The notes under the pieces are model-generated. The model ran no database searches. It was not told the origin of the DNA and worked only from the letters and a program-made list of their open reading frames with translations. The position numbers and the translations under genes are program-made. 35,000 bases of DNA from Nanobdellota archaeon (GTDB taxonomy: Archaea; Nanobdellota; Nanobdellia; SCGC-AAA011-G17; ARS1403), in contig JAHJRB010000015.1 of assembly GCA_018831025.1 (NCBI GenBank), positions 1 through 35,000 of the forward strand, given 5' to 3'. Position 1 is the stretch's first letter. Every line of letters starts with the position of its first letter. Of this stretch, positions 16,366-25,711 are shown piece by piece.

Positions 16366-17316
16366 ATGTTCAAGTATAAACCTTTGATGGTTCTATTAGC
16401 ATTGTTATTTGTAGTTGGTGCGAGTTGCGATAGGAGTACTTTTTTTGGAAGTAAATCTGAAACTACTGAAGAAGATATTTTTTCTGGAATTCAAGGATTA
16501 GAACTTAGTTTTATGGAAGGAGCACCACCAAATGAGGTTTATCAAGATACCAGTTTTGATATTTTTGTTGAATTACATAATCAAAATGCATTAGATGTTA
16601 AACGTGGAACAATTAAGTTATCTATTCCTTATCTTTTTGAAGTTAGTGATAAAACAAAAACAATAGATACCATGATGGGGAAGGAAACTTATCCTGGTGG
16701 AGAGACTGAGATTATTGAATGGACCGGAGTTAAAGTTAAAGGTACAACTGTTAGGAAAGATACTAGGCAGACTGCAAATGTACAGGTTTGTTATGCGGGG
16801 GATTTGGAAGCTCAGCCAATGGTTTGTGTTAGACCAAGACCTGGAAGTGATGGAATTATAGAAGGAGAATGTAATATTGGTAAAAAAAGTTTATCTGGTG
16901 GACAAGGGGCGCCGATTGCAGTTACTTCTGTTACGGAAACTGTTTTGAAAGAAAGTGATAATACTAATACAATGGTGTTTAGATTTGAAGTGGAGGATGT
17001 TGGTGGAGGAAAAGTTATTGATGTTGGAGAAGTTAATGATTGTAGTATTAGTGCGAAGGATAAAACTAAAGCAGAAATTATTATAGAAAAAGTAACTTGG
17101 TTGGGAAGTGAAACAGGATTTGAGTGTGAAGGTGGAAAAGAAGAGAAAGATAAAGTAATAATGTTGAATGGAAAAGGAGTCTTTAAGTGTACTAGTCCTG
17201 CTATTTCAAATGATGAACATTATTCGTTACCTTTATATATTAAAATGAATTATGGATATGTAAAAAGTATAAATAAAGGCTTTACACTAAAAAAAGATAT
17301 ATTTTATGCTGATTAA
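16366..17316 (+). CDS. secreted/lipobox-like surface protein, paralog A
   Basis: The signal peptide MFKYKPLMVLLALLFVVGASC ends in Cys. The protein shares GL-x-[LI]-x-F-[ML]-E-[GD]-APP, CY...CV.P and AP[IV]xVTS motifs with the next gene. Confidence 0.65.
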   Translation: MFKYKPLMVLLALLFVVGASCDRSTFFGSKSETTEEDIFSGIQGLELSFMEGAPPNEVYQDTSFDIFVELHNQNALDVKRGTIKLSIPYLFEVSDKTKTIDTMMGKETYPGGETEIIEWTGVKVKGTTVRKDTRQTANVQVCYAGDLEAQPMVCVRPRPGSDGIIEGECNIGKKSLSGGQGAPIAVTSVTETVLKESDNTNTMVFRFEVEDVGGGKVIDVGEVNDCSISAKDKTKAEIIIEKVTWLGSETGFECEGGKEEKDKVIMLNGKGVFKCTSPAISNDEHYSLPLYIKMNYGYVKSINKGFTLKKDIFYAD

Positions 17317-17332
17317 AAAAGGAGGTAAAAAA

Positions 17333-18265
17333 ATGAGGAAATATGCTCTAGGAGTTGTACTTCTAATTGTTGTTTTATTAGTTAGTGGTCAAGAGGGTTG
17401 TCAAACTGGTGGAGAAACTGTTGGTACTGGACCTTATGTTGGAGGTAATGATGGTTTGAGCATTGTTTTTTTAGAAGATGCTCCTCCTGCAAGCGGTAAT
17501 TTTCAAGGCGAATCTATTCCATTAGAAGTTGAATTAACTAATAATGGAGAGAAAGAGATTGCAACAGGTAGTGCTTATATTAAACTGATTGGAGCTATAA
17601 CTAGTAATTCTTTTACTACAACTAAAACTACTGCTACAAATACTGGTGCAATATCTGCGATAAGAGATGCTAGCGATGTTTCGGATAATGATTTTGTTAA
17701 TTTAGGAACTGCAACTTTAAATGATGCTATTGGTGCAAGTTGGAGTCCACTTATCAAGGCGCAACTTTGTTATCCTTATGAAACTAATATACAGATAGAT
17801 AACCTTTGTGTGCCAGGAGATAACAGAGAAACAGGAACTAAAGAATGTGAGATAGATAGTGCTAAAAATTTAGTTGCAAAAGGAGACGTAAGTGCTGCTC
17901 CTGTTCAAGTAACAAGCATAGTTGAAAGCAGAGCTAGCGATGGAATAAGAATAACAATGGATATAGAAAACCAAGGGAATGGCTATGTTTTAGACCCAAG
18001 TAAAACTTGTGATTCTGTAACTGGTGTTGTTGACAGAGAAGACTATGTGGTTGTTGTAAATATACCTGGAGACGTTTGGACATGCAACTATAAAGATGCT
18101 GCAGCAAAGACAGTTGAGCTTAGAGATAACAGTGGAAGACTGAGATGTAGTAAATCCATAGGTGGAACTGGTAGGGCTTATAATGACAGATTCGTAGCAA
18201 CTTTAAGTTACAAGTATGTAGATACAGTTTCTAAATCTATTGTGATAGAAACCAATAGTAATTAA
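17333..18265 (+). CDS. secreted surface protein, paralog B
   Basis: ATG 17333 lies 9 nt after a GGAGGT SD (the track starts at 17306). The signal is MRKYALGVVLLIVVLLVSGQEGC. It is collinear with 16366-17316, for example KECEID...AAPVQVTSIVE...MDIENQGNGYVLD. Confidence 0.65.
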   Translation: MRKYALGVVLLIVVLLVSGQEGCQTGGETVGTGPYVGGNDGLSIVFLEDAPPASGNFQGESIPLEVELTNNGEKEIATGSAYIKLIGAITSNSFTTTKTTATNTGAISAIRDASDVSDNDFVNLGTATLNDAIGASWSPLIKAQLCYPYETNIQIDNLCVPGDNRETGTKECEIDSAKNLVAKGDVSAAPVQVTSIVESRASDGIRITMDIENQGNGYVLDPSKTCDSVTGVVDREDYVVVVNIPGDVWTCNYKDAAAKTVELRDNSGRLRCSKSIGGTGRAYNDRFVATLSYKYVDTVSKSIVIETNSN

Positions 18266-18270
18266 ATACC

Positions 18271-18289
18271 TTTTTCTTTTTTTTATTTT
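18271..18289 (+). terminator. oligo-T terminator after the surface-protein cluster
   Basis: The sequence tttttcttttttttatttt begins 6 nt after the TAA at 18263-18265. Confidence 0.4.
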
Positions 18290-18292
18290 ATT

Positions 18293-19525
18293 ATGAACGA
18301 CTATATTAAATGTAATGTGGACTTACATATGCATGGGTTGTATTCTATGGCTGTTAGTAGCAAGATGATTCCTAAAGTTATTGCTGAACAAGCACCATTA
18401 AAAGGATTAGATGTTGTTGGGAGTTCTGATATCTTAAATGGCAGATGGGTTAAATTAGTTAAAGAACAATTAAAACAAAATGGAGATGAATTATTAGAAG
18501 CGGATAATGGAACTAACTTTATTTTACAAACAGAAATTGAAGATATTAATCGAGTACACCATATAATTTTATTTCCTAGTTTTTCTAAGGTGGAAGAAAT
18601 TAAAGAAAAATTAAAAAATAAATGTAAAAATTTTGATACAGATGGAAGACCTAAAATATGGATTAATGGAGAAGAATTAGTTGAAGCTTGTAGTGAATCA
18701 GAATGTTTAGTTGGATTTGCCCATGCGTTTACTCCTTATTTTGGTTTGTTCAGTAAATTTAACTCTTATAAGGAATGTTATGGAGATAAATGGAGTAAGA
18801 TTCATTTTTTAGAATTGGGATTAAGTGCAGATACTAATATGGCAGATAGAATTTCTGAATTACATAATTTAACTTTTACTTCTAATAGTGATGCTCATAG
18901 CCCATGGCCAAATAAGCTAGGAAGAGAGTTTAATACTTTCAAAATAAAAGAAATGAGTTTTGATGAAATTGTTAAAGCTTTGAAAAGAGAAAATGGGAGA
19001 AAATGTATCTTAAATGTGGGTTTTAATCCTTTAGAAGGAAAATATCATAAAACTAGATGTACAGGTTGTCTAAGTTTTTTTGATCCTAAGGAAGCTGAAA
19101 AAATTGGTTGGAAATGTTCTAATTGTAGAAAATCTATTAAAAAAGGTGTTGATTTTAGAATTGAGGAATTATCTGACTTAGATTTTAATAAACATCCAGA
19201 ACATAGACCTGAATATAAACATATAATTCCCTTGAGTGAAATTATTGCTTTATCTTTGGATATTAAAAATACTTGGTCTGTTAAAGTTCAGAATACTTGG
19301 AAAGAATTTATAAATAAATTTGGAAATGAGACAAATATCTTATTAAATATTGATATTAATAAATTAAAAAATTTTAATGAAAAAATTGGAAACTTTATTG
19401 AATTGTTTAGAGAAGAAAAAATTGAATATGTTCCTGGGGGGGCAGGAGTATATGGAAAATTATTGAAACCGGGAGAGAAATTCAAAGAAGAAGTTAGAGA
19501 ACAGAAAAAACTAAATGAGTTTTAA
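18293..19525 (+). CDS. endoQ: endonuclease Q (PHP-domain, zinc-finger DNA repair endonuclease for deaminated bases)
   Basis: Matches to EndoQ as I recall it run along the whole length. They are DLHMHGLYS, HHIILFPS, GRP, AHAFTPY, FLELGLSADTNMAD, SNSDAHSPWPNKLGREFN, GKYHKTRCTGC, WKCSNCRKSIKKGV and PLSEII. Confidence 0.8.
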   Translation: MNDYIKCNVDLHMHGLYSMAVSSKMIPKVIAEQAPLKGLDVVGSSDILNGRWVKLVKEQLKQNGDELLEADNGTNFILQTEIEDINRVHHIILFPSFSKVEEIKEKLKNKCKNFDTDGRPKIWINGEELVEACSESECLVGFAHAFTPYFGLFSKFNSYKECYGDKWSKIHFLELGLSADTNMADRISELHNLTFTSNSDAHSPWPNKLGREFNTFKIKEMSFDEIVKALKRENGRKCILNVGFNPLEGKYHKTRCTGCLSFFDPKEAEKIGWKCSNCRKSIKKGVDFRIEELSDLDFNKHPEHRPEYKHIIPLSEIIALSLDIKNTWSVKVQNTWKEFINKFGNETNILLNIDINKLKNFNEKIGNFIELFREEKIEYVPGGAGVYGKLLKPGEKFKEEVREQKKLNEF

Positions 19526-20289
19526 CCTATATAATTCATTCCAGGTTCTTTTCGGAAAGGGATTTTATTTGAAAATTTCTTAATTTCATTGGATATATTT
19601 TTTTCTTCTATGGACATTTCTTTTATTTCTCTGTCTAAACCTTTTGTATCTACCTTAATCGAGAACAAGTTGTTTAAAGTTAGTATAACTTTTTTTGCTC
19701 CTTTTAATCCTAAATAACTTGGATGACCAAATGTTTCTGCTAAAAAAGAAATTGCGGGTATTTTTCTTTCTTTGCTTAATCCTAATAACAATCCAGAAAC
19801 TCCGATTATTGGACCTACAACGCCGTAGATTTTTTCATTTGTATTTGAGCTTCTGTATTTTTTAATTAGTTTTTTATCATTACCTGTTACAAAAACCCTC
19901 GGCTTTTCTGGAATACTTGGCAAACCTATACCCCCAATAGTAACTATTTCTGTTCCACCTAACTCTTGGAAAATATCTAATATTTTTTCACAGAAAGCAT
20001 GGCAACTTTTTTCCTCTAATGGTTGAATATCTCCACATAATAATACTAACGAATGTTTTTTTGTGTTTTTATAATAAAGTTCTATTTTAGGCAGTTCAAC
20101 TAAGTTTTCTTCATTGACAAATACTGAGTTTGGGAAAACTTCTGATTTTATTTCCATAAATTTTTCTGCTTTTAAACTTTCTACCATAAAATCTACGGTA
20201 ATCTTGCCAACATTCCCCATTCCAGGCAGACCCTCTATTAAAATTGGATTTTTTAGTTTTGGGTTACTTAGTTTCTTTATTTTGAACAT
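19522..20289 (-). CDS. PAC2-family protein (proteasome assembly chaperone-like, COG1938)
   Basis: NPILIEGLPGMGNVGKITVDFMVESL is the typical N-terminus and LLCGDIQP is present. The start may be 20289 (MFKIKKL) or 20319; the longer form overlaps Nop10 more. Confidence 0.7.
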   Translation of the reverse strand: MFKIKKLSNPKLKNPILIEGLPGMGNVGKITVDFMVESLKAEKFMEIKSEVFPNSVFVNEENLVELPKIELYYKNTKKHSLVLLCGDIQPLEEKSCHAFCEKILDIFQELGGTEIVTIGGIGLPSIPEKPRVFVTGNDKKLIKKYRSSNTNEKIYGVVGPIIGVSGLLLGLSKERKIPAISFLAETFGHPSYLGLKGAKKVILTLNNLFSIKVDTKGLDREIKEMSIEEKNISNEIKKFSNKIPFRKEPGMNYIG

Positions 20290-20440
20290 TTTTTTTGTAC
20301 TCTCTCCTATATTTTCCAAAACGATCTTCAGGAGAATATTTAGCGGGTTTTGGACTTATTGTTTTTGTTTTGCAGTTTGAACAAGTTTTTTTCAAAGTAT
20401 AATTATTGCACTTTGGGCAAATAAGTATATTTTTTTTCAT
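20264..20440 (-). CDS. nop10: H/ACA RNP protein Nop10
   Basis: Absent from the ORF track. Translation: MKKNILICPKCNNYTLKKTCSNCKTKTISPKPAKYSPEDRFGKYRREYKKNVQNKETK*. It has the zinc ribbon and the FSPxDxYGKYRR-type motif. ATGA overlap with the aIF2-alpha stop. Confidence 0.8.
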   Translation of the reverse strand: MKKNILICPKCNNYTLKKTCSNCKTKTISPKPAKYSPEDRFGKYRREYKKNVQNKETK

Positions 20441-21234
20441 TTCTTTATAAGTTCTGCTTTTCCTTTACTCTTGAAATCTAAAACAACTAACTTTTCAATC
20501 TTTTCTATTTCTTTTTCTGCTTCTTTGTAGTTTGTTGAAGTTATTGTTAATCTGTAGTTTGGAGCTCCTGCATAAAGGATATCACATTTTAAATTGTCTT
20601 TTGTGATTAATTCATTTACTTTTTTAAGCATCTTTTTTATTTCTTCTATTCCATTTGGTAAAGAAGATATGAGTTTTAATGTTGCGCTTATTTTAACTTC
20701 TTTTGGTTTTATTTTTGATTTTATTAGATTTATTAAAGACCCTTGCAAGACTGGATCTAAGCTTAAGAATTTTAAAACATTCTCATCCTTTACTATCTCT
20801 TGGAATGCATCATTTAATGTTCCAAATTCATCTACTAGCTTATAACCTATTTGTTCATAAGCATCTTTTATTGTGAGATTTTTTTGTTTTGCTAAACTTT
20901 CTAATATTTTTTCTGACCTTTGCTCTTGTTTATACTCTTTATTTTTGTTTATTCTTTGTGCTTGGTTGACTCTTCTTAAAGATAAATCAATGTGATTTCT
21001 TTCTTCGTTGATCTTTAATACTTTACAAATAATTTTTTTTCCTTCTTTTACAAAATCTCTAATGTTCCTAATTCTACCAGGAGAAACTTCGGATATTTGA
21101 ACAACACCTTCCTTGTCTTTATATTCATCTAAATCGACAAAGACACAATTGGGTAGAATTTTTTTAATTGTGCATATTAATATTTCATTCTCTTCTGGGA
21201 ATCCTGGTTTTTTATAAAACATATTTCTATTCAA
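20437..21234 (-). CDS. eif2a: translation initiation factor aIF2 alpha subunit
   Basis: An S1 domain is present (PEENEILICTIKKILPNCVFVDLDEYKDKEGVVQISEVSPGRIRNIRDFVKEGKK...DLSLRRV). The gene order with Nop10, S27e and L44e is conserved. Confidence 0.9.
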   Translation of the reverse strand: MNRNMFYKKPGFPEENEILICTIKKILPNCVFVDLDEYKDKEGVVQISEVSPGRIRNIRDFVKEGKKIICKVLKINEERNHIDLSLRRVNQAQRINKNKEYKQEQRSEKILESLAKQKNLTIKDAYEQIGYKLVDEFGTLNDAFQEIVKDENVLKFLSLDPVLQGSLINLIKSKIKPKEVKISATLKLISSLPNGIEEIKKMLKKVNELITKDNLKCDILYAGAPNYRLTITSTNYKEAEKEIEKIEKLVVLDFKSKGKAELIKK

Positions 21235-21409
21235 GAACCTCCAAGATCCTTGCTTTTATCTTTCCTTTTCCCCCAGTTGGTTCTGTAATTGGGGTTCCGC
21301 AGACTAAGCATTTGATTATGGAAGAGGGTTTCCCAAATGTAATTTGCTCATTTTTGCATTTGTTGCATCTAAGCTTTACAAATTTTGAATTTGGTTCTAA
21401 ATTTTTCAT
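21227..21409 (-). CDS. rps27e: 30S ribosomal protein S27e
   Basis: FVKLRCNKCKNEQITFGKPSSIIKCLVCGTPITEPTGGKGKI is the C4 zinc ribbon of S27e. Confidence 0.9.
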   Translation of the reverse strand: MKNLEPNSKFVKLRCNKCKNEQITFGKPSSIIKCLVCGTPITEPTGGKGKIKARILEVLE

Positions 21410-21711
21410 TCTTGTTCTATTTTTCTGGATCTAATTCCACTCTTTTGAATTTTTGATTTTTTGCATATTGAACATGTGTATTTAATATTAGATTTCTTTG
21501 ATGTTTTTGCTCCTGTTCTCTTAGGTTTTGAAGGTTTAGAACCCCATCTATTCTTATTTCCGGTTCCAGGGACTGAACGTTTTGTGGCTCTTTTGATAGA
21601 ACCACGTTTTAAACTTCCTCTCTTACTACCAGATTTTACTTGAGATATTTTTTGCTGAGTATGCTTCCTGCAAAATGGGCAATATCTTTTTGTAGTTTTT
21701 TTTAATTTCAT
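21406..21711 (-). CDS. rpl44e: 50S ribosomal protein L44e
   Basis: RYCPFCRKHTQQKISQVKSG...YTCSICKKS in a highly basic 101-aa protein. Confidence 0.9.
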   Translation of the reverse strand: MKLKKTTKRYCPFCRKHTQQKISQVKSGSKRGSLKRGSIKRATKRSVPGTGNKNRWGSKPSKPKRTGAKTSKKSNIKYTCSICKKSKIQKSGIRSRKIEQE

Positions 21712-22319
21712 TTTACTTCTATCTTTTCTGCTCTTTTCTTTTTTATTAGTATTTCTGAAATCTCAAAAGGTAAAGCTGCAATATCTTCTTTTTCAAAGGG
21801 TCCATAAGAATTGTTATTATTTCCTATGAACTTTGGAACAGCTGCTAAAAACCTTACTAAGACGTTATTTCCTTGCGTAATATCTGTTTTTAATGTTTTC
21901 GCTTTAAGTTCTGGGTGTTTTCCTTGTAGTAAATTGAATAGAATACCTTCTCTTGAGTCTTTTATGTTTTCCTTTATTTTTTCATATAAATCCCTTTCTT
22001 CTGGTAATAACGAACCAGTAATCTTATTTTTTGAGTCATTTCTCGCGGAGAATAATGCATTTTCTAGTATTTTACGCTCTCTCCTTTCATATAAATCCTT
22101 AATTATTTTTCTTACATTTTCTAATTGTTTCTCAGTTTTTCGAGTTTCAGAGGAGAAAAGAGAATCCTTTGATTTTTGGGACTGAAGAATTAATGTTTTT
22201 TCTTCTAAATATTTTAAAAATTTATTAAAAAAGTCTTTATCTAGCGTTTGTATTTCCTTTCTTATTTTTTCTTTCTGTAAGAGTTCAAAGAGGGTTTCAT
22301 AGGTAATCACTTCTGTCAT
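21708..22319 (-). CDS. GINS complex subunit, Gins51/Gins15-like (tentative)
   Basis: A helical N-domain is present (YETLFELLQKEK...LDKDFFNKFLKYL...LENVRKIIKDLYERRERKILENAL). The C-terminal B-domain-like segment is VRFLAAVPKFIGNNNNSYGPFEKEDIAALPFEISEILIKK. Confidence 0.5.
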   Translation of the reverse strand: MTEVITYETLFELLQKEKIRKEIQTLDKDFFNKFLKYLEEKTLILQSQKSKDSLFSSETRKTEKQLENVRKIIKDLYERRERKILENALFSARNDSKNKITGSLLPEERDLYEKIKENIKDSREGILFNLLQGKHPELKAKTLKTDITQGNNVLVRFLAAVPKFIGNNNNSYGPFEKEDIAALPFEISEILIKKKRAEKIEVK

Positions 22320-22412
22320 ACTTATTTTTTGAATAGAAGGTTTAAAATAAATTTATATCCTTGAGTAGATATATTAGAAAAATTTAAATTCTTTCTATTA
22401 TATTTAGTTGTT

Positions 22413-23003
22413 ATGAAGTGCTATATTTACTTATTTAGACATGGAGAAACTTATTATAACCTAGGGGGGATTGGAAAAAATAAAAAGTTTACAGGATGGA
22501 AGGATTCTAAACTAAGTCCTAAAGGTATTAAAAGCGCTAATAAAATCGCTAGAAAACTTAAAAATATTAAATTCCAAATTGCTTTTCAAACTAGATTGAG
22601 TAGGAGTAAAGATACTTTAAAAGAAGTTTTGAAATACCATCCTGAGTGTAAAAAAATTATAAATGATGATAGAATGATTGAAAGAAACTATGGAACTTTA
22701 CAAGGGCACACACACAAAGCAATTATAAAAAAATATGGGATGGAAAAATTTAGACAGTGGCATAGGAGTTATGATATTGCTCCTCCTAAGGGTGAAAGTA
22801 TAAAAATGGTTGAAAAAAGAGTTAAAAGTTTTATTAAAGATTTATTAAAATTAATAAAAAAAGAGAAAGTTAATGTGGTTATTTCTGCTCATGGGAATTC
22901 TATGAGGCCCTTTAGGAGATATTTTGAAAAATTAAATATTAAGGAAATGATTTCTTTAGAAAACCCCTATGATGATTATTTTAGGTACAGTGTAAATGTA
23001 TAA
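22413..23003 (+). CDS. histidine phosphatase family protein (dPGM/GpmA-like phosphoglycerate mutase)
   Basis: LFRHGETYYN (RHGE), FTGWKD, ERNYGTLQG and SAHGNSMR are present. Confidence 0.8.
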   Translation: MKCYIYLFRHGETYYNLGGIGKNKKFTGWKDSKLSPKGIKSANKIARKLKNIKFQIAFQTRLSRSKDTLKEVLKYHPECKKIINDDRMIERNYGTLQGHTHKAIIKKYGMEKFRQWHRSYDIAPPKGESIKMVEKRVKSFIKDLLKLIKKEKVNVVISAHGNSMRPFRRYFEKLNIKEMISLENPYDDYFRYSVNV

Positions 23004-23892
23004 GATCAAAGAAAAACCAGAGGATTTCATTGTAAAAGAAACTATAAAATTAAATAAAAAGAAAAATGGGGAATATGGTTATTTTTTACTAAGAAAAAAA
23101 GATTGGAATACGTTAGATGTTTTAAAAAAAATTTCTAAATATTTAAAGATAAAGGAGAATAGATTAGGGTATGCAGGATTAAAAGATAAAGTTGCTGTAA
23201 CAGAACAATATATTTCTATTAGGGGGATTAAGAATTTAAAATTTAAATTAAAAGATATTGAGATTAAAAAAATTGGAGAAGGGGATGAGCCAATAAAATT
23301 AGGTGGCTTGAAAGGAAATAAATTTAACATTATTGTTCGGAATCTAAACAATAAAAAAAAATTAAAGATAACTAAAATTGAGAATTATTTTGATAAACAA
23401 AGATTTGGCAATAAAAATATTAAGGTTGGATTGGCTTTGTTAAAAAGAGATTATAAGAAATTATGTGGATTATTGAAAGTAAAAAATAAAGAAGAAGTTT
23501 TTAGATTCGATAGAAAAATATTAAGGTTTTCTCTAAATTCTTATCAAAGTTATATTTTTAATGAAGCTTTAGAAGAATGCATTAAAAAAAAGATTAAAGT
23601 TAAGAAACTCCCTTTAATCCATTTTGACACAGAATTTAAAAATAAAATTATAGAAAATATCTATCAAAAACTGCTTAAGAAAGATAAAATTGGAAGAAAA
23701 GATTTCTTGTTTAGAGAAATGCCTTTTTTAGTAAGTGAGAGTGTTGATAGAAACACTTTTACTAAAGTTATGGATTTTAAGTATAGATATGGGAAAGATG
23801 AGCTTAACAAAAGAAAACTAAAAGCGGTTTTGAGTTTTTATTTGGATAAAGGCAGTTATGGCACACTAGTCGTTAAAAAACTATTTTCTTAA
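22996..23892 (+). CDS. truD: tRNA pseudouridine synthase TruD/Pus7 family (short form)
   Basis: PEDFIVKE, GYAGLKDKVAVTEQYISI (catalytic Asp motif) and NYFDKQRFG are present. Confidence 0.8.
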   Translation: MYKIKEKPEDFIVKETIKLNKKKNGEYGYFLLRKKDWNTLDVLKKISKYLKIKENRLGYAGLKDKVAVTEQYISIRGIKNLKFKLKDIEIKKIGEGDEPIKLGGLKGNKFNIIVRNLNNKKKLKITKIENYFDKQRFGNKNIKVGLALLKRDYKKLCGLLKVKNKEEVFRFDRKILRFSLNSYQSYIFNEALEECIKKKIKVKKLPLIHFDTEFKNKIIENIYQKLLKKDKIGRKDFLFREMPFLVSESVDRNTFTKVMDFKYRYGKDELNKRKLKAVLSFYLDKGSYGTLVVKKLFS

Positions 23893-23899
23893 CAAAAGA

Positions 23900-23907
23900 T
23901 TTATATT
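23900..23907 (+). promoter_or_regulatory. TATA box (AAAAGATTTATATT context)
   Basis: It lies about 28 nt upstream of ATG 23932. Confidence 0.4.
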
Positions 23908-23931
23908 GCTAAATACTTACTTTTAGATTAT

Positions 23932-24252
23932 ATGGATATTAATGAGGCGTTTAAAAGAAGAATTGAGGAAATAAAAGACTTTGGAGAAGAAGATGTTGCT
24001 AAGGAAAAATTTGCTGAATTGTGGTTGTTGTTTAGTAAAACTAATAAAGAATTTTTAAAAAATGAAGTTATTGAAAATATTCAAGACTTAAGAGCAAAGA
24101 TTGAAATTACTGGAATTAAAAACAAACTTGAAGAAGCAGAAAAAAAAGAAAGAAAAATAAAAAAAGTAGATAACTTTAATGATCTTTGTAATCTTATGAA
24201 ATATTCTAAATTTGATGAGGCCATAAAGAAGTTTAATGAAAGAAGAAAATAA
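23932..24252 (+). CDS. hypothetical charged/coiled-coil protein
   Basis: 106-aa K/E-rich ORF. I recognise no family. Confidence 0.4.
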   Translation: MDINEAFKRRIEEIKDFGEEDVAKEKFAELWLLFSKTNKEFLKNEVIENIQDLRAKIEITGIKNKLEEAEKKERKIKKVDNFNDLCNLMKYSKFDEAIKKFNERRK

Positions 24253-25711
24253 AGAAAGATGGGTTTTATTTTTAATATTTTTAGTAGTTCTTGGTAGTAG
24301 GTTGTATTTTGTTTTTCAAACACCTTATTTTAATGATGAAGCTTATTTGGATTACAGAATTATTACTAACATAGCTGAAACTGGTAAACCTTTTTTTTAT
24401 GATAGCCTAAGTTATAATGGAAGAGACTTGTTGTACTCTCCTGTATTTCATTATATACTTGCATTTTTTAATTTACTTTTGCCTCTGAATTTTGTTTTAA
24501 AAGTTATACCTAGCATATTTATTTCATTATTAGTTTTTGTTGTTTATTGGTTAAGCAGTTTATTAGTAAAAGAAAAGAATCTGGCATTATTCGCTTCTTT
24601 ATTATCTGGGTTTATCCCAATTATTTTTATAAATACTTTAAATAACATATCAGTCTATACACTTGTCTTACCTCTTACTTTTTATTTATTGTATTTATTA
24701 TTAAAGGTAAAAGGGAAAAAAGACATTTGGAAATTTATTACACTTAGTTTTGTTTTAGCTTTGTTGCATCCTTCTGCTTTCTTCTTTTTGTTAACTGTTT
24801 TATTTTTTATGATATTAATGGTTAGTGAGGGATTTGAAGTTGCTAAGATAAAAAAAGAATTAATACTTTTTTCTGTTTTTGTGATTTTATTTATTGAATT
24901 TTTAATTTATAAAAAAGCATTTATTGTTCATGGAATAGACATCGTAAGAACAAATGTTCCTACTCAAGTGCTAGCTAATTATTTTGATTTTAGTTTTTTA
25001 GATGTTGTTTTAAAAATAGGGATTTTGCTGATTATTTTAGGTCTTAGCGGAATTATTTTTGGATGGGTAAGAAAGAGAGAGGAAATATATTTGTTAGGTT
25101 CTTTAATCCTATCTATACTTATACTATCTGGTTTAAAATTAATTAGGCTGGAAGTTGGATTAATGTTCCTTGGAACAGCATTAGTTATTGTTTCCTGTGT
25201 AAGTTTTGAAATTTTGTTAAAATATTTGGATAAAACAAGATTGGCAAAACGTAAAAATTTGGTTATATTTTCATTTGTTTTTATTCTAATATTCTCTTTA
25301 GTTTTACCTAGTTTTATTGGTGCTTCTAAAAACATAGATTATGAGACCCCAACAAATTATGAAATTTTGGTTTTAAATTGGATTAAAGAAAATGCATTGC
25401 CAGATATTACAATTTTGGCGCCAATTGAAAAAGGACATCTTATTACTGCGTTAGCGGGAAAAAGAAATGTTATTGATTCTAACTTTTTATTAGCTCCAGA
25501 AACTTCAGAAAGATACAAGGATGTAAATACTATTTATACTTCAAGATCAGAGGTTAAGGCTTTAGAGTTAATACGAAAACATAATGTAGATTATATTTTA
25601 ATTCCTATAGAAACAGAATTAAATACAGGAAAGGGGAGTTGGTTAAATGATGAAGGATGCTTCGAGGGAGTCTTTTTTGGAACTCCAAAAGTTTACAAAG
25701 TTATATGCTAG
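24236..25711 (+). CDS. polytopic GT-C-type membrane glycosyltransferase-like protein (STT3/PMT-like first loop, no WWDxG)
   Basis: About 12 TM helices. The first loop is FNDEAYLDYRIITNIAETGKPFFYDSLSYNGRDLLYSP. The C-terminal soluble domain ends ...HNVDYILIP. Confidence 0.5.
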   Translation: MKEENKERWVLFLIFLVVLGSRLYFVFQTPYFNDEAYLDYRIITNIAETGKPFFYDSLSYNGRDLLYSPVFHYILAFFNLLLPLNFVLKVIPSIFISLLVFVVYWLSSLLVKEKNLALFASLLSGFIPIIFINTLNNISVYTLVLPLTFYLLYLLLKVKGKKDIWKFITLSFVLALLHPSAFFFLLTVLFFMILMVSEGFEVAKIKKELILFSVFVILFIEFLIYKKAFIVHGIDIVRTNVPTQVLANYFDFSFLDVVLKIGILLIILGLSGIIFGWVRKREEIYLLGSLILSILILSGLKLIRLEVGLMFLGTALVIVSCVSFEILLKYLDKTRLAKRKNLVIFSFVFILIFSLVLPSFIGASKNIDYETPTNYEILVLNWIKENALPDITILAPIEKGHLITALAGKRNVIDSNFLLAPETSERYKDVNTIYTSRSEVKALELIRKHNVDYILIPIETELNTGKGSWLNDEGCFEGVFFGTPKVYKVIC

